NCBI GenBank assembly: GCA_964491925.1
Contig: CAZBGZ010000003.1
Location: 22,234-86,233 of the forward strand
Length of the DNA: 64,000 bases
Direction: 5' to 3'
DNA from: an uncultured Candidatus Saccharibacteria bacterium
Lineage (GTDB): Bacteria > Patescibacteriota > Saccharimonadia > Saccharimonadales > JAGQNJ01
Notes under the pieces: generated by a model
What the model was told of the DNA's origin: nothing
Database searches by the model: none
What the model saw: the letters and a program-made list of their open reading frames with translations, nothing else
Part shown: positions 49,066-59,588 of the stretch, piece after piece
How the letters are laid out: each line of letters opens with the position of its first letter
Position numbering within the stretch: position 1 is the first letter of the stretch
Made by a program: the position numbers and the translations under genes

Positions 49066-50853
49066 TTAGTCTTCCATGAATCCACCGGATTGGTGGTTCC
49101 ATAGGTCAGCGTATTTACCGTTTGCACGTATTAGCTCTTTGTGTGAACCCTGTTCTACGATTTCCCCTTTTTCTAAGACAACAATTCTGTCCATTCGTTG
49201 GATTGTGCTCAGTCGGTGAGCAATGACAATTGCGGTCCTGCCTTCCATTAGCTTCCATAGCGCGTCTTGGATTAGCCCCTCGCTCTCAGAGTCGAGAGCA
49301 CTAGTTGCTTCATCTAAAAGCAGAACAGGAGCATTCTTGAGCATTGATCTGGCAATAGCAACGCGCTGTCTTTGACCCCCGGATAGTTTTACACCTCTCT
49401 CACCGACAAGGGTTTCATATTTTTCTGGCAGTTCTTCAATGAACTCGGCTGCATTGGCGAGTTTCGCGATGGCAATAATCTCTTTTATGGATGCTTGTGG
49501 TCTCGCGTAGCTTATGTTTTCTGCCAATGAACGATGGAATAGCAGAGGTTCCTGTGGAACATAGGTTATATTAGTCCTTAGTTTTTTCTGTGAAATATCT
49601 CGGATGTCATAACCATCTAATTCTATCGATCCCTTGTCTATGTCTGCAAACCTTAACAGAAGACTGGTTAGAGATGTTTTGCCTGATCCAGAATGGCCCA
49701 CCAAGCCAACTTTTTCTCCAGCTTTTATCCTTAGATTCAGATTTTTGAACAATGGCTTTTGCTTGCCTTTGTGTGTGTAAGTTACGTTTTTGAACTCTAT
49801 CATGCCTCGGTTGATTTTTGCATTAACAGGTTTCTCGATGTCTTTTATAGCCGGCTCGATTTGTAAAATTTTTACCATATCACTAGAGTCACCCAATGCT
49901 CGATTAAATTGTCGTAATACGTTTTGAAACTCCCAGAGTCTCATCCCAATATGACTGGTATAAGAAACTATCAAAAAGAGTGTAGCGATATTAGCACCGA
50001 AGTATTTAGTACCGAAAACCGCAATAAACAGTGCGCCTATTCCGATAGCCGAAGTCAGAGTAGAGGAAAAAGTTTCGCGATACGTTGTTGTGACCATTGA
50101 CTTCTCAGTCGCACGCATCGTTTTAGTGGCTTCTTCCCAATATCGTTTAGATTCATGATCTTCAGCCGCAAAGCTTTTCACTGCCATGATATTAGAAATA
50201 CTGTCAGCTAACTGGCCAGTTTGTTTGCTTTCTTGCTCGGCCTGGTGCCTGTTTGCTTCACGGACAGGCCTAGAAAAGTAGACTGTACCAACCATGTATA
50301 TGACGCTTAGCACAATCAGGCCAAATGCATATATTGGAACGCGAGGTCCTAATATTATAATGGTAGCAACCATTCCTATGACTAGTGTGTACAGATTAAA
50401 AACAAAGGCATCAGCGAAACGAATATAACTACCAACAAGTTTATTTGTTTGAGAAACGAGTGATCCGCCGAATCTATTAGCGTGGAAGTCCGCATCGAGC
50501 CGAATAAGGTGGTTAAATACTCTCTGAGCAATATCTCTAAGGACTCGCATTTCCAGATTCCAAATCAACCAAATATTTATACGCCATCCAACTATACCGG
50601 TCATTATGACCGCGAGTGCGTAGCTGATTAGTTCTTTGTTAAAGCTTTGCCAAAGATTATGAACGTCATAATTTCCGTCGCTTATCTTTTGTAAAACCTG
50701 CGCTTGGATATAAGGTTGCAAGTAGTCCATCACAATTACTGTGGCTACCACTGTGAATAATAAAGTCACTGCGTAACGTTTGTATTTAAACGCATGGTGT
50801 ACGAACAAACCTATAGTTAGGGAATTAGTTGATTTATTATTCTTATTTTTCAT
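49066..50853 (-). CDS. ABC exporter, fused permease/ATPase (MsbA-like)
   Basis: 595 aa. Six-TM N-domain. Walker A GHSGSGKTS, LSGGQRQR and LLLDEATSALD. GGAGG SD. Confidence 0.85.
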   Translation of the reverse strand: MKNKNNKSTNSLTIGLFVHHAFKYKRYAVTLLFTVVATVIVMDYLQPYIQAQVLQKISDGNYDVHNLWQSFNKELISYALAVIMTGIVGWRINIWLIWNLEMRVLRDIAQRVFNHLIRLDADFHANRFGGSLVSQTNKLVGSYIRFADAFVFNLYTLVIGMVATIIILGPRVPIYAFGLIVLSVIYMVGTVYFSRPVREANRHQAEQESKQTGQLADSISNIMAVKSFAAEDHESKRYWEEATKTMRATEKSMVTTTYRETFSSTLTSAIGIGALFIAVFGTKYFGANIATLFLIVSYTSHIGMRLWEFQNVLRQFNRALGDSSDMVKILQIEPAIKDIEKPVNAKINRGMIEFKNVTYTHKGKQKPLFKNLNLRIKAGEKVGLVGHSGSGKTSLTSLLLRFADIDKGSIELDGYDIRDISQKKLRTNITYVPQEPLLFHRSLAENISYARPQASIKEIIAIAKLANAAEFIEELPEKYETLVGERGVKLSGGQRQRVAIARSMLKNAPVLLLDEATSALDSESEGLIQDALWKLMEGRTAIVIAHRLSTIQRMDRIVVLEKGEIVEQGSHKELIRANGKYADLWNHQSGGFMED

Positions 50854-51078
50854 ACTAGCAGCCTCCGCTGCTTTTATATTATTGGTTGAAAATTTAGTTT
50901 TTTTAGTTTTAGTTAATAAACGAGAATAAGGAAGCAGTTACCTTGCTACGGCGGTAAAGCCAACTTTATCTGTATAGTCTGTGATTGGAATCATTGTTTT
51001 ATCGCCTTTCCTTTAATTTTATACAATCTAACCATTGTACCACTTATGTCAATAGTAGGCAAAAATCTGTAAAAAGTA

Positions 51079-51107
51079 TTGACACGGGTATAGGCAGGGT
51101 ATATATT
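51079..51107 (+). promoter_or_regulatory. near-consensus sigma70 promoter TTGACA-N17-TATATT with no annotated gene
   Basis: Read directly. It is followed by a GAGGTG SD, a 12-codon ORF (including stop, 51134-51169, MNNHSNIFIHR), a hairpin and a terminator. Confidence 0.5.
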
Positions 51108-51197
51108 TGGAATTGTCATTCGTGAGGTGACAAATGAATAACCATAGCAATATATTTATTCATCGTTAGCAAAACTCCCGCAGTCTTGCTAACAAAT

Positions 51198-51226
51198 AAA
51201 AAAGGACCCTAGTGGCCCTTTTTTAT
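51198..51226. terminator. bidirectional intrinsic terminator
   Basis: AAAAAAGGACC-CTAGT-GGCCCTTTTTT. It lies between the small plus-strand unit and the 3' end of the minus-strand gene 51246-51674. Confidence 0.55.
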
Positions 51227-51245
51227 ATACAATTTTTTGTGCAGT

Positions 51246-51674
51246 TTATCGGACTCTTTCAACAAAAGTACATACTTCTGCATGAGTATTTTGATTAATT
51301 GTGCAAAGCTGGTACTTTATTCGCATTAAATGTCTAGATGCCGGTAGGTTCCTAATTACACCAGCTTCAGTGTTTGAAGACCTTTTCCAGCCACCATAAC
51401 CATCACCAGAGTCTAACTTTAATGAGACATTTTTACAGCTGGCACCAACTGCTTTAATGCTAGTTACTTGACGTCCATTGGCTACCCAATAACGGATTTT
51501 ACCCTGGCAGTCCATGCCGCCATTTGGTACTCGGAATTGGCAAAAAGAGTTGCTGAAACTAATAGTATGATTTGGGTTGGTTATGCACTGCGATGCAGCA
51601 CTTACGGGCGCTGCTGAGATAATAGACATTACTATTATTGAAAACGATGCTAAAAACATGTGTAAAAATTTCAT
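51246..51674 (-). CDS. secreted Cys-containing hypothetical protein
   Basis: Signal peptide MKFLHMFLASFSIIVMSIISAAPVSA and six Cys in the mature part. The start is set at the MKF methionine. Confidence 0.55.
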   Translation of the reverse strand: MKFLHMFLASFSIIVMSIISAAPVSAASQCITNPNHTISFSNSFCQFRVPNGGMDCQGKIRYWVANGRQVTSIKAVGASCKNVSLKLDSGDGYGGWKRSSNTEAGVIRNLPASRHLMRIKYQLCTINQNTHAEVCTFVERVR

Positions 51675-51842
51675 AGACACATATGCTAACACACATCTGA
51701 TAAAAAAGCAATACCCTGCATATAATATAGAACCACAAACTAAGTTTTCTAGAGGAGAGTACTCTAAAGGTGTAAATTTGTCATTACTTTAACTACAGGC
51801 TTTTGAGTGTGTTCGTTCGGAGTTTATTTTACAGGGGTGGGG

Positions 51843-51851
51843 TGTTATAAT
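51843..51851 (+). promoter_or_regulatory. extended -10 promoter (TGtTATAAT) of trhO
   Basis: The ORF-track ATG at 51850 lies inside this box. The next in-frame ATG, at 51859, is 7 nt downstream. Confidence 0.5.
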
Positions 51852-51858
51852 GCCAGAG

Positions 51859-52758
51859 ATGAATAAGGTTATTTTGTATTATAAGTTCGTTCCAGTATCT
51901 GACCCGGCAATCACCATGAGATGGCAGAGGGAATTGTGTAACCGTTTAAATCTAAAAGGTAGAGTAATCGTCAGTGTACACGGCATTAATGGGACTCTTG
52001 GTGGCAACATAGAGTCACTACGTGAGTACAAGCGCGAAATGAATCGATCGGTACTTTTCAAGGGCATTATGTACAAATGGAGTGATGGAAATGGCGGAGA
52101 ATTTCCCAGACTGAGTGTAAAAGTTAAGCCCGAACTAGTAGCTTTTGGTGTACCCAATGACATTTTGGTTGATGAAAAAGGGGTTGTGGGTACCGGCAAG
52201 CACCTGAAACCTGAGGCCTTGCACAATCTAGTCAAAGAACGGGGTGAAGACGTGGTGTTTTTTGATGGCCGCAATGCTTACGAGGCTGCAGTGGGTAGGT
52301 TTAAGAACGCGGTAGTCCCAGACACAAAAACAACACATGATTTTGTTACTGAACTGAAAAAGGACAAGTATAACGATATCAAAGATAAACCCGTGGTAAC
52401 TTATTGCACCGGCGGAGTGCGCTGCGAAATCCTTAGCTCTATTATGAAAAAAGAGGGATTTAAAGAAGTTTATCAAGTAGATGGTGGCATAGTGAAATAT
52501 GGCGAAAAGTTCAAAGATGATGGATTGTGGGAGGGCGCTCTCCACATATTTGACGACAGAATGACACATAGATTTTCTGACAAGTCCAAAGATATAGGAG
52601 AATGTGTTCATTGCCACAGCAAAACCAGCAACTACGAAAATTGTGATAACGTTTCTTGTAACAAATTAGTTTTGATATGCAAAAACTGCACACAAAAAAC
52701 TTTTTGCGACAAATGCGCAAAAACCAAAAATCTCAAACCCAGTAGAATAAAAGCGTGA
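51859..52758 (+). CDS. trhO: rhodanese-related sulfurtransferase / tRNA uridine(34) hydroxylase (YceA/TrhO family)
   Basis: UPF0176 N-domain, rhodanese active-site loop CTGGVRCE and a C-terminal Cys cluster. Confidence 0.8.
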   Translation: MNKVILYYKFVPVSDPAITMRWQRELCNRLNLKGRVIVSVHGINGTLGGNIESLREYKREMNRSVLFKGIMYKWSDGNGGEFPRLSVKVKPELVAFGVPNDILVDEKGVVGTGKHLKPEALHNLVKERGEDVVFFDGRNAYEAAVGRFKNAVVPDTKTTHDFVTELKKDKYNDIKDKPVVTYCTGGVRCEILSSIMKKEGFKEVYQVDGGIVKYGEKFKDDGLWEGALHIFDDRMTHRFSDKSKDIGECVHCHSKTSNYENCDNVSCNKLVLICKNCTQKTFCDKCAKTKNLKPSRIKA

Positions 52759-54248
52759 ATAAAATACAAAAGAAATTAAAGGAGCTTCCTAGAGATCCGG
52801 GGGTTTACCTGTACAAAAATGATAGTGGCGAGATTATTTATGTCGGTAAGGCGGCGGTACTAAAAAACCGGGTCCGCCAGTATTTTCAGAAAAGTCGCCC
52901 CTTTGAAGCAAAAACAGAAGCCCTGGTGGCTGATATATGCGATATAGACTGGATAACAGTTGAAACAGAGCTAGACGCACTGTTTTTAGAGGCCGAATTA
53001 ATCCGTCGTTACATGCCCAAATACAACATTCTGCTGAGGGACGATAAGAGTAGCGGTTATATAAGGGTAACTTATAGTAGCGATCACCCAACTGTCACAA
53101 TTACTAGACGTCCACTAGATGATGGGGCTCAATACTTTGGCCCCTATTACAATGTCAATAGTATCCGCAAAGCTCTGACCCATCTACGCAAGGCTTTTCC
53201 GTTTTCTACCCACGAACAAAGTATTCCCAAGCGTGCATGCCTGCAATATCACTTGGGGCTTTGCCCAGGCCTAGAAGAGAATAAAACCACCCTTAAGGAT
53301 TACCGAGAAAACCTTAAAAAGCTAACAAAATATTTCAAGGGAGAGCGAAAGAGCTTGATAGTCGCAGTCGAGAGGTCAATGCTCCTGGCCGCAAAAAAGT
53401 CAGAATTCGAAGAAGCTGAAAAATTAAGGAAACAACTTTTTGCATTAAAGGGTTTGACTAGGCAAGTCGTATTTAGCGACAGCGAGTTCATGGACCTCAG
53501 CAAAGACGCCGGATTGTCAGGTATAGCAGACTTATTGGGTCTAGAGAAACCACCTATGAGAATAGAAGGTTATGATATTTCCCATATGAGCGGAACTGAT
53601 ACCGTCGCCAGTATGGTCGTGTTTACTAATGGGTTGCCCAACAAGGCCGAGTACCGAAAGTTCAAAATGCGAGTACCAGGGAATGATGATTTCGCCCACA
53701 TGAATGAGGTCATTGCCAGGCGATTGAGTCAAAAAAATATAAAACAGTGGGGTGTCCCGGATTTATTCTTGATTGATGGGGGAAAAGGACAGCTAGGGGC
53801 TGCGATAAAAGCCAGGGATGAGGCGGGACAAAACCATATCCCAATGATTGGGCTGGCTAAGCGCGAGGAAGAAATAGTAGTCGCGAAGTCTAGTAATTTT
53901 AATATTTGTTTGCCAAAAAATTCTTACATAACTAAATCAGATCAGTTCGAAGCTATATTACTTCCGAAGACCTCACATATCGTTATGTTGTTGCAGAGAA
54001 TTCGTGACGAATCACATCGTTTTGCAGTGAGCTATCACACCGTATTAAAGCGCACAAGGCAAACCGATAGTCTACTAGACGACATCCCAGGGATAGGGCC
54101 AGCCACTAAAAAACAATTACTAAAGTCATTTGGATCTATAAAGCGGGCGTCGGAAGCATCAGCTAAAGATATAGAAAAAGTAGTCGGAAAGAAAAAAACA
54201 GTTATACTAGAGAAATATTTATTAGCTAATAAAAAAGGGAAATTGTGA
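52755..54248 (+). CDS. uvrC: excinuclease ABC subunit C (short form)
   Basis: GIY-YIG domain (GVYLYKNDSGEIIYVGKA...RVRQY), an endonuclease V-like domain and a C-terminal HhH (IPGIGPATKKQLL). 497 aa. Confidence 0.85.
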   Translation: MNKIQKKLKELPRDPGVYLYKNDSGEIIYVGKAAVLKNRVRQYFQKSRPFEAKTEALVADICDIDWITVETELDALFLEAELIRRYMPKYNILLRDDKSSGYIRVTYSSDHPTVTITRRPLDDGAQYFGPYYNVNSIRKALTHLRKAFPFSTHEQSIPKRACLQYHLGLCPGLEENKTTLKDYRENLKKLTKYFKGERKSLIVAVERSMLLAAKKSEFEEAEKLRKQLFALKGLTRQVVFSDSEFMDLSKDAGLSGIADLLGLEKPPMRIEGYDISHMSGTDTVASMVVFTNGLPNKAEYRKFKMRVPGNDDFAHMNEVIARRLSQKNIKQWGVPDLFLIDGGKGQLGAAIKARDEAGQNHIPMIGLAKREEEIVVAKSSNFNICLPKNSYITKSDQFEAILLPKTSHIVMLLQRIRDESHRFAVSYHTVLKRTRQTDSLLDDIPGIGPATKKQLLKSFGSIKRASEASAKDIEKVVGKKKTVILEKYLLANKKGKL

Positions 54249-55456
54249 ACGCGGATTTTTTCATTGATAACCGCCAAAAAATTTTAGGCAAGGCAGGGTG
54301 CGACATAATAGTTCTGACAGCTAATAGCCGAATGCAACGGAATGGAGATAACACCTACGCATTTCGACAAGATAGTAATTTTTGGTATTTTTGTGGGATA
54401 AACGAACCAGATTACGTCCTTGTTTTTTCTTCTTCTAATTCTTTTTTGATAGCCCCAAAACGGTCAGATGTGGAAATTTTCTTCGATGGTCAGCTCAGTG
54501 ACGCAGAGTTAAGAAGAACTTCAGGTGTAGATAAAATCTACGAAAACGATGCTGGTTGGGAGTTACTCGCCCAAATGCTCAGTGACGCGCATTACGTTGG
54601 CCATATTTCACCTGTTACTAGAAAAAATATTGATTTTGTTCCTAATGATGCGCGTTTTCGTCTTCGAAAGAAGATAAAACAACATATGTTACCAAAAACT
54701 AGACTGAGGACAATTAACGCATCTATTGTGCAGGCTAGGATGGTCAAGCAACCTATCGAGCTAAAGCAGATAAAGAGTGCAATTAATATCACCACCCAAG
54801 CATTCAGAGAAATTTTAAACCAGGGAACACTTAAAAGTTATAAATATGAAAACGAAATAGAAGCAGAATTTAATAAGATTTTTACAAGGAAAAAGGCTAA
54901 ACATGCCTATGCACCAATTGTTGGTAGCGGAAAAAGATCATGCACCTTGCACTACAATAAAAATAATCATTTTATAAAAAATAATGAAGTTGTATTAGTT
55001 GACGTGGGGGCAGAAACTAATAACTATGCTGCGGATATTACTAGAACTGTAGTAATGGGCAGTCCAACCGATAGGCAGTTACAAGTTATTGAAGCTGTTA
55101 AACAAATTCAGAAATATGCTATATCCCAGATAAAGCCAGGTATGACTCTGTTACAAAGCGAGCAAAATGTTGCTAATTATACTGGTCAGGTATTGATCGA
55201 ATTGGGCTTAATACAATCCGCAACCAAAGAGTCTATGCGAAAGTATTCGCCTCACGCAACTTCGCACTTTTTGGGGCTTGATGTGCATGACGTTGGCGAC
55301 TATCGGACTTTGCTCAAACCGAATATGGTCATAACAGTTGAACCAGGCATTTATATACCAGAAGAAAGTATCGGTGTTCGCATCGAGGACGATGTATTGA
55401 TTACAAAAGACGGTTGCCGGGTTATGAGTGGCGGCTTGCCGGCGATACTAGAATAA
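54245..55456 (+). CDS. pepP: Xaa-Pro aminopeptidase (M24B)
   Basis: 403 aa with DVGAETNNYAADITRT, HATSHFLGLDVHD and VEPGIY...GVRIED metal ligands. Confidence 0.85.
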   Translation: MNADFFIDNRQKILGKAGCDIIVLTANSRMQRNGDNTYAFRQDSNFWYFCGINEPDYVLVFSSSNSFLIAPKRSDVEIFFDGQLSDAELRRTSGVDKIYENDAGWELLAQMLSDAHYVGHISPVTRKNIDFVPNDARFRLRKKIKQHMLPKTRLRTINASIVQARMVKQPIELKQIKSAINITTQAFREILNQGTLKSYKYENEIEAEFNKIFTRKKAKHAYAPIVGSGKRSCTLHYNKNNHFIKNNEVVLVDVGAETNNYAADITRTVVMGSPTDRQLQVIEAVKQIQKYAISQIKPGMTLLQSEQNVANYTGQVLIELGLIQSATKESMRKYSPHATSHFLGLDVHDVGDYRTLLKPNMVITVEPGIYIPEESIGVRIEDDVLITKDGCRVMSGGLPAILE

Positions 55457-55480
55457 ACTACAATAAACGTAAGTATTAAT

Positions 55481-55846
55481 ATGAAAAACTCTTTTAGCCG
55501 ATTTTTAGTTAGATGGTTTGTCTGTGGACTTGGTCTGTGGATTGCTGCTAGCGTGCTTGGGGATGGTAGAATCACATATCAGGACAAATTAGGTGTGATT
55601 GTCGTCGCTGGGCTAATCTTGGCAATTATCAACACTATAATAAAGCCTATTGTTGTTCTTCTATCCCTGCCTGCTCTGTTATTTTCGCTTGGCTTCTTTA
55701 TGATTATCATCAATGCCTTGATGGTGCTACTGGCTAGCAAGTTCTACGACAAGCTAGAAGTGGCCAACTTCGGCACGGCATTACTTGCCGGTATCATCAT
55801 AGGACTGGTAAACTACCTAGTGACCGCAATTTTGGAGGAAAGATGA
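55481..55846 (+). CDS. DUF360/phage-holin-4-like membrane protein (YvlD family)
   Basis: 121 aa, 3-4 TM helices, with typical GLWIAASVL ... IIKPIVVLLSLP sequence. Confidence 0.65.
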   Translation: MKNSFSRFLVRWFVCGLGLWIAASVLGDGRITYQDKLGVIVVAGLILAIINTIIKPIVVLLSLPALLFSLGFFMIIINALMVLLASKFYDKLEVANFGTALLAGIIIGLVNYLVTAILEER

Positions 55847-56058
55847 ATTTAATCAATATAGTTACCATAGTCAGCGCAATATTCATGATCATTTTGATTT
55901 TGGTGCAAACTCGTGGGGCAACTCTCGGCGCAGGTTTTGGCGGTGGTGCTGAAATAAACACTGTTCGAAGGGGCTCCGACAAAACTATATTCCAAATGAC
56001 AATAATCACTGCATTTATATTCGCAGGTTCGATTATTTTAAACGTTGTTCTAGCGTAG
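55843..56058 (+). CDS. secG: preprotein translocase subunit SecG
   Basis: 71 aa, two TM helices and the LVQTRGATLGAGFGGG motif. Confidence 0.75.
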   Translation: MNLINIVTIVSAIFMIILILVQTRGATLGAGFGGGAEINTVRRGSDKTIFQMTIITAFIFAGSIILNVVLA

Positions 56059-56077
56059 GTAAAATCTAAGGGGTTAA

Positions 56078-57868
56078 ATGGCAGCGGATAAACTACGAAA
56101 GTTACGTTTGGGACATAGGTTCAAGAAGAGCCAAAAACACGTTGAGAATATTGGCCAACAAGCCGAAGCAGGCTTGGAGAGGCATTTTTTTGGCCGATTG
56201 AGTCGTTTTGTAGGCGTCAGGAGGTTTGTTTTTGCCTGGATAATGCTCTTAGCATTGTTGGTAGGAGGCGTAGTTGTTCAAGTGCGCGGATTATCTCAGT
56301 ACTATCAGCAATTAATGCCGGCAGAGGGCGGCACATACATCGAAGGAGTGCTGGGTTCTTTTACCAATGCCAACCCAATATACGCAACTGGTCCGGTAGA
56401 CTCGACAGTAGCCAAGTTACTTTTCTCGAGCATCATGCAATACGACAGCAATAATAAGCTGGTGGGCGATTTAGCATTAAAACTAGATTCCAACCCCCAG
56501 GCAGATGTATATACAATAAAACTTCGTGATGACGTACATTGGCATGATGGCAAGCCACTGACAGCTGAGGACGTCGTTTTCACCTATCAAACAATTCAAA
56601 ATCCTGATGCTCAATCACCACTTTTGCCTAACTGGAGAGGGGTGAAAATAAAGGCAATTAACAACCATACCGTCGAGTTTGATTTACCGCATGCCCTTGC
56701 CTCTTTCCCGCATTCTTTGACTTCGGGAGTTGTGCCGAAACATTTACTCAGCAACATTCCGGCTTCGCAACTTCGTTCTATATCATTCAACACCGCTAAC
56801 CCCGTTGGCTCAGGGCCATTCAAGTGGGGCTCTATACAGGTTGACGGTTCTACTCCTGACACGAGAGAAGAACAGGTTGGTCTTGTTAAAAATGAACAGT
56901 ATTACCTCGGTGCACCAAAATTGGATAGATTCACGGTTCGGGCTTTTAGGAGTGACGAAGCATTAGCTACTAGTATTAATAACAAAGAAGTTGCTGGTGC
57001 GGCTGGCTTGGACGCAATGTTGGCAAGCAAATCCAATGATCTTTCCACGAAGGAATACAGTGTGCCGTTGATGGGTGAAATAATGGTCTTTCTTAAAAAC
57101 TCTGACGAAATCCTAAAGGATGCCAACGTAAGGCGTGCGCTAACCAAAGGTACGGATGTTGACGAAATAGTTGCCGGTCTAGGATACCCTGTTATCAAAT
57201 CAGACAGCCTGTTATTGCGTAGTCATACAGGTTACAACAAAAAAATAATTCAGCAGGCATATAACCCCAAGCAGGCTAAACAACTACTAAAAAAATCTGG
57301 CTGGGTAAAAATAAATGACAAAGGAATCAGAACTAAAAAAGGCAAAGAGTTGACGGTTAGAATGTTCTCTCGGAGTAATAGTCAGTACTCGTATGTAACC
57401 AGTGTTCTGCAAAAACAATGGCGAGCAATAGGAGTAAAGCTAGATGTTGCCTTGCAGTCGGATGAAGAGCTTCAGTCAACGATTGCCTTTCATAACTATC
57501 AAGCTCTTTTGTATGGCATTAGCCTGGGCAACGATCCTGACATCTATGCTTATTGGCACAGCTCACAGGCAGATGCCGGGTCATCTGGCAGGCTTAATCT
57601 AGCAGAATACAAATCAAATATTTTGGACCAGGCTCTCGAGGGTGGACGTAGTCGGGTTGACCCGAAACTTCGGGCTACAAAGTACAAACCAATGCTTGCC
57701 CAGTGGCGGGCAGATGCGCCGGCGATAGCACTTTACCAGCCCAGGTATTTGTACATTACAGCAGACAGCGTTCAGGGATTTATGCCCACAAAATTCGTTA
57801 GCCCCACTGACAGATTTGCAAACATAGTCAATTGGACTATTAAAGAAGCGCCGAAAACACAGGATTAA
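56078..57868 (+). CDS. ABC transporter substrate-binding protein, family 5 (peptide/nickel type)
   Basis: 596 aa, N-terminal TM anchor, with RDDVHWHDGKPLTAEDVVFTY typical of SBP_bac_5. No cognate permease genes are adjacent. Confidence 0.8.
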   Translation: MAADKLRKLRLGHRFKKSQKHVENIGQQAEAGLERHFFGRLSRFVGVRRFVFAWIMLLALLVGGVVVQVRGLSQYYQQLMPAEGGTYIEGVLGSFTNANPIYATGPVDSTVAKLLFSSIMQYDSNNKLVGDLALKLDSNPQADVYTIKLRDDVHWHDGKPLTAEDVVFTYQTIQNPDAQSPLLPNWRGVKIKAINNHTVEFDLPHALASFPHSLTSGVVPKHLLSNIPASQLRSISFNTANPVGSGPFKWGSIQVDGSTPDTREEQVGLVKNEQYYLGAPKLDRFTVRAFRSDEALATSINNKEVAGAAGLDAMLASKSNDLSTKEYSVPLMGEIMVFLKNSDEILKDANVRRALTKGTDVDEIVAGLGYPVIKSDSLLLRSHTGYNKKIIQQAYNPKQAKQLLKKSGWVKINDKGIRTKKGKELTVRMFSRSNSQYSYVTSVLQKQWRAIGVKLDVALQSDEELQSTIAFHNYQALLYGISLGNDPDIYAYWHSSQADAGSSGRLNLAEYKSNILDQALEGGRSRVDPKLRATKYKPMLAQWRADAPAIALYQPRYLYITADSVQGFMPTKFVSPTDRFANIVNWTIKEAPKTQD

Positions 57869-57942
57869 GCGTTGCCTAGCTATGTTATTATTAGAAAAAG
57901 AAATGCTAATGTTTTAACGCACTAAGGGAACAGAAAAAATCT

Positions 57943-59580
57943 ATGAATAAGGTCGCTCATTATTTGCAGGAACATTTATTAGGCGAGGTCGTGACGTCTG
58001 CTGATGCTAGGAAGTATTTTTCGACGGATGGGGGTGTTTTCCAATTAATGCCGGCAATGGTTGTCTATCCACAAAATGAAAATGATGTGAGGAAAACAGC
58101 TAAATTTGCTTGGCAATTAGCAGAGAGAGGCCGTCCACTAGGCATCACTGCACGTGGGCGCGGTAGCGACCAGGCAGGGGCAGCTATTGGCGAGGGGATA
58201 ATATTGGTTTTCCCGGCGCATATGAATAAGCTTATCGAGCTCGATTCTCGCTCTGGTGATGTTGTTGTAGAGCCCGGCCTTGTGTACGCCAAGCTGCAAC
58301 AAGCATTGCACACTCATGGGCGTTTTTTGCCTCCATTTCCATCATCAATCGAGTTTTCGACTCTTGGTGGTGCAGTATCTAACAATGCTGGGGGCGAAAA
58401 AACCCTAAAGTACGGCAATACCCGCAATTACACGAGGTCACTCAGAGTTGTTCTGGCTAATGGAGAAGTGATTGAGACCGGTCGATTGACAAAAAGAGAA
58501 CTCAGCAAAAAAATGGGTTTATCGACTTTCGAAGGCGAAATATATCGTGCCCTAGATGGGCTAATAGATGACAACAAAGATATTATCAATAATATGACCC
58601 TTAACGTCAGTAAAAATTCTGCCGGTTACGATATTCAAGACATCAAACAGAAAAATGGTTCGTTTGATCTAACGCCGTTGTTCGTAGGATCGCAGGGAAC
58701 ACTAGGAATAGTTACCGAGGCTGTACTGGGGACAGAACCTTACAACCCCAACACTACACTTATAGCTGCATTTTTTGATGATATCGATTCAGCTCAAAAA
58801 ATAGTTATGGAGATTAATAAGTTGCCTGATCAACCCTGCGCCTTAGAAGTGGTAGACGATAATCTGCTAAATTTATTGGACAACATCAACCCTAACCAGT
58901 TAAAGGGAATAGTCGAGAAACCATTCCATAAATTAATTGTTTTAATAGAATTCGATAACCAGAGTGACCGCGTACAAAAGCGAATGAGCAAACGTACGAC
59001 CAAGATTTTGCAAAAACATGGTGTGACATTCCAGTTAGAAACTAATAGTGCCGCCAAAGATAAGCTGTGGAAGATTCGACACAGTGCCGCGTCTGTTATT
59101 ACTCATACGGAGGGTAAATCAAAAGCATTGCCGATAATCGAAGACGGAATTGTTCCATCTGAAAGATTGGCAGAATATATGGACGGTATTTATAATATAT
59201 TTGATAAGTATCATCTAAAAGTTGCTATTTGGGGTCATGCCGGCAATGCCAACTTACACATGCAGCCATTTTTAGATTTGTCAGCTGTCGGCGACCGCCA
59301 AAAAGTATTTAATATCATAGATGATTATTACAACTTGGTTATTGGCCTAGGTGGCAGTACGAGTGGCGAACACAGTGATGGACGTTTGCGTGCTCCATAC
59401 CTAAAACAATTATACGGTGATGAGGCCTATGGTTTGTTCGAAAAAATTAAAACAATTTTTGATCCGCACAACATTCTAAATCCTGGCGTTAAAATTGGCG
59501 TAACTATCGAGGACATAAAGCCGCTACTACGCGAAGAATACTCAATGGATCATCTTTATGACCATCTCCCCAGGAGCTAA
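57943..59580 (+). CDS. FAD-binding oxidoreductase (GlcD/D-lactate dehydrogenase-like)
   Basis: 545 aa with an FAD_binding_4-like N-domain (ARGRGSDQAGAAIG, GGAVSNNAGGEKTLKYG) and C-terminal HAGNANLH ... GEHSDG. Confidence 0.8.
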   Translation: MNKVAHYLQEHLLGEVVTSADARKYFSTDGGVFQLMPAMVVYPQNENDVRKTAKFAWQLAERGRPLGITARGRGSDQAGAAIGEGIILVFPAHMNKLIELDSRSGDVVVEPGLVYAKLQQALHTHGRFLPPFPSSIEFSTLGGAVSNNAGGEKTLKYGNTRNYTRSLRVVLANGEVIETGRLTKRELSKKMGLSTFEGEIYRALDGLIDDNKDIINNMTLNVSKNSAGYDIQDIKQKNGSFDLTPLFVGSQGTLGIVTEAVLGTEPYNPNTTLIAAFFDDIDSAQKIVMEINKLPDQPCALEVVDDNLLNLLDNINPNQLKGIVEKPFHKLIVLIEFDNQSDRVQKRMSKRTTKILQKHGVTFQLETNSAAKDKLWKIRHSAASVITHTEGKSKALPIIEDGIVPSERLAEYMDGIYNIFDKYHLKVAIWGHAGNANLHMQPFLDLSAVGDRQKVFNIIDDYYNLVIGLGGSTSGEHSDGRLRAPYLKQLYGDEAYGLFEKIKTIFDPHNILNPGVKIGVTIEDIKPLLREEYSMDHLYDHLPRS

Positions 59581-59588
59581 AGGCTAAA

